Sequence record: PV874203.1
Strand: one strand, 5' to 3'
Length of the DNA: 64,000 nt
DNA from: a phage
Positions 58,058-64,000 of the stretch are shown here, piece by piece (position 1 is the stretch's first letter; the number at the start of each line of letters is the position of its first letter). The notes beneath the pieces are model-generated. The model was not told the origin of the DNA and made no database searches. It worked only from the letters and a program-made list of their open reading frames with translations. The translations under genes and the position numbers were made by a program.

Positions 58058-58501
58058 CTATTTAACCCTTGCCTCTTTGATGGGGTCAATGTATTTCTCA
58101 ACGCCCCACTTGTGTTTACTATCTGCATAGAAAACATCAGGAGCACACTGGCTTGTCTTAGGAAAAGCCTGCGGGTCTTTCGTGCTACCCTTAAACTTCT
58201 GTTTACCACGGGTGCGACCATTACAGAAGATTTCTAACTTCTTCTCCTCTTCTGTTTTAGCTCCCCCGCTCTTTAACAAAGAACGTTTATGATCAGCTAA
58301 CAACAACGCATCAGCACGATGGACACGATGGCCTACACGTTTTGCCACACTAGAAGGGATATGAGATTCAGCCTCAGCTTTTGCAGCACGGCGTTTTAAA
58401 CTGCGCTTACTAATGTAATTGGTTGCCTTCGGCTTCCCTTTCTCCAGTTCAGAGATAGAAAAACAACGCCCGCCCTTCATGCTGATTTTAGATTTAGTCA
58501 C
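58058..58501 (-). CDS. basic hypothetical protein
   Basis: 147 aa, Lys/Arg-rich. Confidence 0.4.
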   Translation of the reverse strand: MTKSKISMKGGRCFSISELEKGKPKATNYISKRSLKRRAAKAEAESHIPSSVAKRVGHRVHRADALLLADHKRSLLKSGGAKTEEEKKLEIFCNGRTRGKQKFKGSTKDPQAFPKTSQCAPDVFYADSKHKWGVEKYIDPIKEARVK

Positions 58502-58570
58502 AATCTTATTCCTTTTAGTGATAAATTATATCGGGCAAGCCCATCAAGGCGACGGGCTTGAACAAATAGC

Positions 58571-58780
58571 TTAATCAAGTAAACCGAATGACTTCCAACT
58601 ACGTAGCAGGATTGTACCATCATCCATAGTTACACATAATTTTAGTAGTGTTTTGTTGGTACTACTCACCGTTGTAATTTGTCCGGTTGTACATTTACCT
58701 TTATTGCTATAAAGATACATAACACGACGGCCTAACAAACGAGATGGCGCTTTCTTAAATTCTGAAATGTTAGTGATCAT
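58571..58780 (-). CDS. hypothetical protein
   Basis: 69-aa ORF. Confidence 0.4.
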   Translation of the reverse strand: MITNISEFKKAPSRLLGRRVMYLYSNKGKCTTGQITTVSSTNKTLLKLCVTMDDGTILLRSWKSFGLLD

Positions 58781-59001
58781 AATGCTTGATACCTTTGGAT
58801 ATGTTCAATACGGGTGGATTGAGCAAATGACGCTTTAACCGCCATCTTTCTAGCTTCTTCCTTACGTTGGTTAGTGTGTACAGTATCCCAATGATTGTTA
58901 TCACGTTGGCGCTGTAATATCTTACTACATTTGCGATGGTTTCCCGTGCTGCGATGTTTCTCACAAATAGGGCACTTGCCAAAATTATTACTGAATATCA
59001 T
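58777..59001 (-). CDS. zinc-finger protein
   Basis: GKCPICEKHRSTGNHRKC motif; start overlaps upstream stop (ATGA coupling). Confidence 0.4.
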   Translation of the reverse strand: MIFSNNFGKCPICEKHRSTGNHRKCSKILQRQRDNNHWDTVHTNQRKEEARKMAVKASFAQSTRIEHIQRYQAL

Positions 59002-59225
59002 TTTCTCAATCCCAGCTTTCTTAAGATACGGCCTAACGTTGTTTCTTGCGTGATAATATAGCTGATCGCCTCACGTTCCAACGTTTCAATTTTCATTGGC
59101 GACGGATACCATTCACCAGTAATCACGCATTTACATTCAACGCCATACTTTTTAGATAGGCGGTAATGTTGACCGTTGACAAGATTCCTATAGATCGTGG
59201 TGTGTGTAATTAACATGATCGTCAC
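58998..59225 (-). CDS. hypothetical protein
   Basis: 75-aa ORF. Confidence 0.4.
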   Translation of the reverse strand: MTIMLITHTTIYRNLVNGQHYRLSKKYGVECKCVITGEWYPSPMKIETLEREAISYIITQETTLGRILRKLGLRK

Positions 59226-59246
59226 CTTTGATTATATTCTTTGATT

Positions 59247-59269
59247 AATGCACTGAATCAATGCACTGA
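59247..59269. repeat. tandem direct repeat AATGCACTGA x2 (candidate operator)
   Basis: AATGCACTGA-atc-AATGCACTGA about 25 nt upstream of the 58998..59225 gene start. Confidence 0.4.
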
Positions 59270-59270
59270 T

Positions 59271-59304
59271 AAAAGAAAAAGGCGATACCCGTTAAGATAG
59301 CGCC
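59271..59304 (-). terminator. rho-independent terminator (minus strand)
   Basis: Minus strand GGCGCUAUC-UUAACG-GGUAUCGCC followed by UUUUUCUUUU, after the 59329..60237 gene. Confidence 0.5.
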
Positions 59305-59328
59305 TCATGTTTATTAGAATTATCTTAC

Positions 59329-60237
59329 TTATGCTGCCTGACGTGCCGCCATAATCTCAGCCGCTTTACGCAATACTTCCTCTTCTTCTTCTTTCGCAGC
59401 TTGTTCGGTACGGGTAGCAACCGTTGAAGAGATACGACCGCGCAGTCCTTCTAACTTCTCCTGCATAGCTGCGATAGTCTTTTCCATTTCATCAGCGTAT
59501 GAATCGAGTGATTCCAGTTCCTTGCTTGATGCGTTCATCAGATAATCGTCAGAGATCGCTACCGTTGAAGCCGTGACTTTCTTGATGAGTGAATCAAAGG
59601 ACTTTTTAACCTTGCCCACTTCTTCACTCAGTGCGATCGTGTTATCGCTGGTAGCGCCGTTGCGCTCATCAGCCAGTAATTTGGCTTCAATACGGATTGC
59701 ATTCAAGCGTTCAACCAAAGCGTAAATATCTTGGTTAAAGTCTTCTTTATTCTTTGCCGGAATTTGCAGGTGTGCCGCTACGTTGTCATTGCAACCTTTG
59801 AAGAAGTTAGGGTTATCGACTTCAATTTCACGACCTAAGGCAAAGTTTTCGAAAGCATTTGACCAGCGAGCGCGGTTTTGTTCCATTTTGGCCTTAATTT
59901 GCGCCTCTTTCGCATCTTCTTTCGCTTTCGCTTCACCTTCCAGATTAATCCACTTCTTACGGCCATTCGCCGCATCAGTGTTAAACTTGATAGGAGTTAA
60001 GAAAGTGATTGCAGTGGCGATCACGTCCATATCGCGGAAGCGTTCAGTTAACAGAAAGTCAACCGCCGTCTGCAATACTTCTAACTTTTTACCGTTACTG
60101 CGGAAGTGCTGCAAGTGCCCTAACAGAAAATTAGAAACATCTTGCTTGATCGCCGCGTTATTGCTACGAATGTTGTTAGCCAGTGCGTTAAAACCAGATT
60201 CTTTTACCAGATTAAAAACTTTAGCCATGATATTCAC
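59329..60237 (-). CDS. hypothetical early protein
   Basis: 302-aa helical, charged ORF; RBS AAAGGTG; codon composition differs slightly from the middle genes. Confidence 0.55.
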   Translation of the reverse strand: MNIMAKVFNLVKESGFNALANNIRSNNAAIKQDVSNFLLGHLQHFRSNGKKLEVLQTAVDFLLTERFRDMDVIATAITFLTPIKFNTDAANGRKKWINLEGEAKAKEDAKEAQIKAKMEQNRARWSNAFENFALGREIEVDNPNFFKGCNDNVAAHLQIPAKNKEDFNQDIYALVERLNAIRIEAKLLADERNGATSDNTIALSEEVGKVKKSFDSLIKKVTASTVAISDDYLMNASSKELESLDSYADEMEKTIAAMQEKLEGLRGRISSTVATRTEQAAKEEEEEVLRKAAEIMAARQAA

Positions 60238-61054
60238 CTTTCAATTGTAAGGGCACTATGCCCCGCTCTCTATGAGCTTGTTTAAGTCACTATTAACTTA
60301 ACTATAACCACTCGTTGTTAAGTAGTTATAGGTAAGCGGGGCGGTCTTATCAGGAGTTAACCTTGCCGCCCCCTTATCCGTGATGTTTCATCTGGTACGC
60401 TTTAATTTTCCGCTATAAATAAAGCCGGATTGCGTAGCGATGATCAATCATCACAATAAGGCTATGCGTCCAACTCAATTTAATTACATTGCTGTAACCG
60501 TTGGCAATATCGTCTACTTTGCTTTCGCTCCCGCCTATCCTTTGTGCCAACTCCTAACCGCTAACCATCGCCCACTACGGGAGGTTATTGCGGAAAGAGA
60601 TCATTGACCGCCTAATATTCCGGCGTTTTATATCTTTCGGCGGGTTTACTACATAACCCGACTATGTACTTCCGTCATAAGACGAATCTCAAGCCGTTCA
60701 CATCGTAAACGTTCGCATTAAACCTTATTGTTAAATAGCAATTTGCCACTTTTTAACCACTCCCCGCCGCCCTCAATTGGGCGTTAATTCGTCGGACTTG
60801 TCTGCCCTGATTAGTTTCTTTCACTGTAGCACCGTGTTAGCGATGGCCGCCGCTACCCTTAACCGTGGGCGATTAGCTTAAACCTTTGCGTGTACTCAAT
60901 GAATCCGCTTATCAGTGGCGACTTTTCCAGTTAAGGGATTGTAAAACTGTTTACCCTGATGTTTTAGGGAGTTTTACGCCGTTTTATCTGGTATGCTGTC
61001 CGATGGTTATTATCTTCCAGCATATTTAACCGATATATGGGAATGTTTAAATTG

Positions 61055-61065
61055 TTAAAGAGCGG
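61055..61065. repeat. TTAAAGAGCGG repeat, copy 1
   Basis: ATTGTTAAAGAGCGG; one of four copies in the ORF-poor region. Confidence 0.45.
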
Positions 61066-61288
61066 TAAATCTGTCAGCGTGCTTTCTCACGCTACGCAAC
61101 TGTTAGCCGTTGTTACGCTTTTCACTTAAGCGGTGATTTGCTTCAGTGATGCTCATTATGGACCATGATGTTTTTGCTGTCAACCGCTTTTTTAATCTTT
61201 TTCGTCGTTCCCGCTATTGGGAGGATATATCAACCCGCTTTATTGGGTTGAAGATTAAGCGATGAGGCTTAACCCATGATTCATATTG

Positions 61289-61298
61289 TTAAAGAGCG
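61289..61298. repeat. TTAAAGAGCG repeat, copy 2
   Basis: ATTGTTAAAGAGCG; plus-strand context gives TTGTTA-N17-TATAGT. Confidence 0.45.
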
Positions 61299-61562
61299 TT
61301 TAGCCTTTTATAGTGTCTGCTAATCACTGCATCATTAAAGGCTTACTTATTCATTAACGGGGCGCCTAATCCCGAACTACCCGCTGCACTATGTGCCACC
61401 TTTCCCGCGATACGTTGATTTAGGAACTAGTTAACGTTGTTTTGTTAACTTGTGGTTAGTATGAACTACCTTAACCACGTTTGCAACCCTTTTTTATCAT
61501 CTTCTTTTATTCTTTTCCCTTATCTCGCTTGAATCTATGCGAAAGGGCAAGATGATAAGTTT

Positions 61563-61573
61563 TTAAAGAGCGG
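61563..61573. repeat. TTAAAGAGCGG repeat, copy 3
   Basis: TTTTTAAAGAGCGGG; lies just downstream of the predicted minus-strand sigma70 promoter. Confidence 0.45.
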
Positions 61574-61602
61574 GATGCTTTAAGTCATCGCTGACTATGC
61601 TC

Positions 61603-61631
61603 ACTATATATCAGGCTATTTTCGGTGTCAA
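61603..61631 (-). promoter_or_regulatory. sigma70-type promoter (minus strand), candidate early promoter
   Basis: Minus strand reads TTGACA-17 nt-TATAGT (plus tgtcaa 61626..61631, actata 61603..61608). Confidence 0.55.
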
Positions 61632-61670
61632 TACTCTTTTTAAGAATATTTTCACTTTCTAGCCTGATTT

Positions 61671-61683
61671 TTAAAGAGCGGGG
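61671..61683. repeat. TTAAAGAGCGGGG repeat, copy 4
   Basis: TTTTTAAAGAGCGGGG. Confidence 0.45.
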
Positions 61684-61727
61684 CAATTTCTTGCCTTGTA
61701 TGTTTTTCATCGTACCCGATGAATTGA

Positions 61728-61755
61728 AGTATACATTAATCAGTGAGGGATGCAA
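61728..61755 (-). promoter_or_regulatory. sigma70-like promoter overlapping a TAATGTATA motif (minus strand)
   Basis: Minus strand TTGCAT-16 nt-TATACT; the -10 overlaps TAATGTATA (plus 61730..61738). Confidence 0.4.
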
Positions 61756-62016
61756 TAGGGTAAAGCAAACTATTTTAAACTTTTTCACTATAGGGAAGAT
61801 AAAGGAACGGGTGCGCGTGATACATCATAGAAAACGGCTTGTAAAGCGATATTTAGCGGCCTAAAACGCACTATAGCGAGCTAAAAGGGAGTAAGGTATA
61901 CAATCACCTTAGAAACGATAAGAGCCTCACTAGGAGGCTTATAGGAAGGATTTAGAGCATTAGATAGATTATGACCATAGGCATGACTACGGCACAATAT
62001 AGGAGAAAGATTAAGC

Positions 62017-62391
62017 CTATGGATTTACACACTGACCATTACCTGATGCCATTTCATTCATGGACTCATCAAAGAGCGTCAACGATGAGCGCATTAAGTG
62101 ATCAACCGTAACTTGTTTACCAGTGGTTTCATTCACTAATTGAATAGTTTTAGCGTATGATTGTACATGCTCGAAATCATTTACATGCAAAATAATAACC
62201 TTAGGTGACTTTTTACCAGTCTCATAATTCTCCACAAGATAGGTGCACTGTAAACCGTCAACCGTAGCAGGGGAAAACGTTGCAGCTTTAACGCTACCCA
62301 TAGCAGATAGTAAGACACCCAACAGAAGAATGACCAGAAAGAAGCCTACAAATACTTTCACTACGAATTTAATAATACCCATGATAATCAA
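62017..62391 (-). CDS. membrane-anchored protein
   Basis: N-terminal hydrophobic helix IIKFVVKVFVGFFLVILLLGVLLSAMG. Confidence 0.45.
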   Translation of the reverse strand: MIIMGIIKFVVKVFVGFFLVILLLGVLLSAMGSVKAATFSPATVDGLQCTYLVENYETGKKSPKVIILHVNDFEHVQSYAKTIQLVNETTGKQVTVDHLMRSSLTLFDESMNEMASGNGQCVNP

Positions 62392-62484
62392 CCTTTAGTT
62401 AGAGAATGTAAGAATACAGCATATCAGCGACGAATAACGCCACTGTAACAACGAACAAGCAACGCCAAAAATAATCACAGATCA

Positions 62485-62739
62485 TTAGTTGCACTTACCC
62501 TCAAAATATGCTACGCTAAGTAGTTCGATCTCTTCCAGAGAAAGGAGAATCTCACGTTGCGCCAGATAACGACCAATTTCAGCGTCATCCATAGCTAGAG
62601 CGACAGCAGGAAACTCAACCGCATCAGCCTTATCGCCACTAGTAAACAAGATTAGACACATGTCAGAACTGTCAGTGTATGAGAAATCAATATCCCCATA
62701 GTTGTGCGTAGAGATAGTGAAGCTATATTCTTTAGCCAT
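62485..62739 (-). CDS. hypothetical protein
   Basis: 84-aa ORF. Confidence 0.4.
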   Translation of the reverse strand: MAKEYSFTISTHNYGDIDFSYTDSSDMCLILFTSGDKADAVEFPAVALAMDDAEIGRYLAQREILLSLEEIELLSVAYFEGKCN

Positions 62740-62983
62740 GTATCAATCCCTCACTAAGCAGGTTAGCCAGAGTTAAATCACCGTCAATATAAATTGACTT
62801 GAAATCTTCACGGGTAATTTCAAAATTAGCAAAGGCTAACCAATCCTTAAGAGGTTGAAATTCCATCCTACAAAAAGTAATAACAGGTAACGTTATCTGA
62901 CCATCAAGCGTGTTAAACATGATTTCAGAACGACCAACGAAACAGGAAAAACCATTAGCCAGCTTAATTTCTTTGATAGCCAT
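62732..62983 (-). CDS. hypothetical protein
   Basis: 83-aa ORF overlapping downstream gene by 8 nt. Confidence 0.4.
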   Translation of the reverse strand: MAIKEIKLANGFSCFVGRSEIMFNTLDGQITLPVITFCRMEFQPLKDWLAFANFEITREDFKSIYIDGDLTLANLLSEGLIHG

Positions 62984-63087
62984 AACCTACACTCCCAAAA
63001 CAATAAGAACATAATAAGCAATTGCAGTTGCAATCACCGTGAAAATCAAAGATAGCAAAAATGAACTAGTACTGCAAATTAATCTTC

Positions 63088-63579
63088 TCATTTGTTAGCC
63101 TTAATGCAGTTGGCTAGATTGATGTGAACAGTATAAACAGCGTTATCCGCATTATTGTAAACCGTAGTGGCGATCATCGACTCTTTAACCGGTCCATAAC
63201 TCACTAGGTTGGTTACAGCTTTAACGTCTTCGTAACGTTGTACAGTGCCATACGTCACCATATCCGCATCGTTATCGGTACGCTTGAGAACTAGATCATT
63301 GTTAGGCTGATTGTCCAGTGTCTTAGACTGAAAGAGAACGCCTTCACTAGTTACGTTACTAAATTTCACTTTTAACACGATGTTATTGCTGTCACTATCC
63401 GCACCATTGCAAATCATCCAACCCTTATTGATGGAACTAGCGAAAACATCAGCGGCATTAGTTGCAGGAGCTGGACTAGCGATAGCCTTATCAGAAAGAG
63501 ATGTGACCAGTGCACTAACACCGATAGCTGCAACCAGTGCATAGCTTGCCAGATTTACTACCTGCATTGCCTTAGCCAT
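63088..63579 (-). CDS. secreted/periplasmic protein
   Basis: Signal peptide MAKAMQVVNLASYALVAAIGVSALVTSLS...A; RBS AAGGAG. Confidence 0.5.
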   Translation of the reverse strand: MAKAMQVVNLASYALVAAIGVSALVTSLSDKAIASPAPATNAADVFASSINKGWMICNGADSDSNNIVLKVKFSNVTSEGVLFQSKTLDNQPNNDLVLKRTDNDADMVTYGTVQRYEDVKAVTNLVSYGPVKESMIATTVYNNADNAVYTVHINLANCIKANK

Positions 63580-64000
63580 TTTTGTTACTCCTTATATAAA
63601 TTCAATCAACTGTTACCAACTATATATTAAAGGAAAAGACCGTCAACCAATTATTTTCTAACTTTCTTGCATCCTACTGAAAACTAAAGGAATTTAATTT
63701 ACCTAACTTTCTACATTCAGGGGATTATCTTACTTCTTATTGTTACTTTATAACACTACGGATGTAACGCTATCGCTACGGGTAGCAGACCAACATACCA
63801 GGACACGGAGAGCACACAACCGCAGAACAGACCACGGGGAAACATAGCCAGATAGTGCGGTAATAATATACCACTTAAATAATTAGTTAACTCAAACATC
63901 AAAGACGTTCGCTACGCTCACAAAGGCACGCTGAAAAAGGAAAGAATAAACATCAATAAAAACAATCATTCTTAAAAGAATTATTAAAAGAAACATAATC

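Noticed and set aside
57938-58237. ORF-track entries 57938..58237(+) and 57976..58221(-)
   Set aside because: They span the conserved 18-nt element and overlap the better-supported 58058..58501 gene in other frames; likely non-coding.
59783-61864. ORFs 59783..60250(+), 61585..61788(-), 61625..61864(+)
   Set aside because: The first is antisense within the 59329..60237 gene; the others span predicted promoters and repeats in the ORF-poor region and have no RBS.

Overview
The window reads as most of a lytic tailed-phage genome (podovirus-like, T7-type replication proteins plus a phage sigma-factor-like gene; the layout is reminiscent of phiEco32-type coliphages, which I cannot confirm without a database search). 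Positions 1-17.8 kb hold a plus-strand late/structural block: tail fibre with a C-terminal chaperone domain, GH24 lysozyme, a Big_2-domain protein, tail-fibre-like proteins, an SLT transglycosylase, Q/N/G-rich proteins and a 1488-aa protein. Positions 17.9-59.3 kb are almost entirely minus-strand: several HNH homing endonucleases, 5'-3' exonuclease, dNMP kinase, a sigma-like factor, an overlapped Rz/Rz1 spanin pair, SSB, a family A DNA polymerase that appears split and intron-interrupted, PhoH, ThyX, thioredoxin, a Dps-like protein, dCTP deaminase, a CCA-adding-type nucleotidyltransferase, a T7 gp4-like primase-helicase, then many small early genes and one tRNA-Arg(UCU). The most interesting locus is at 39.6-49 kb: a cluster of amide-bond enzymes (AIG2/GGCT-like, ATP-grasp, class II glutamine amidotransferase with zinc ribbons, Amidoligase_2-type ligase) with unknown neighbours, which looks like an uncharacterised small-molecule or protein-modification system. 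Positions 60.2-62.0 kb are ORF-poor with repeated motifs and sigma70-like promoters pointing leftward. All calls rest on reading the translations and the DNA by eye; no searches or structure predictions were run.
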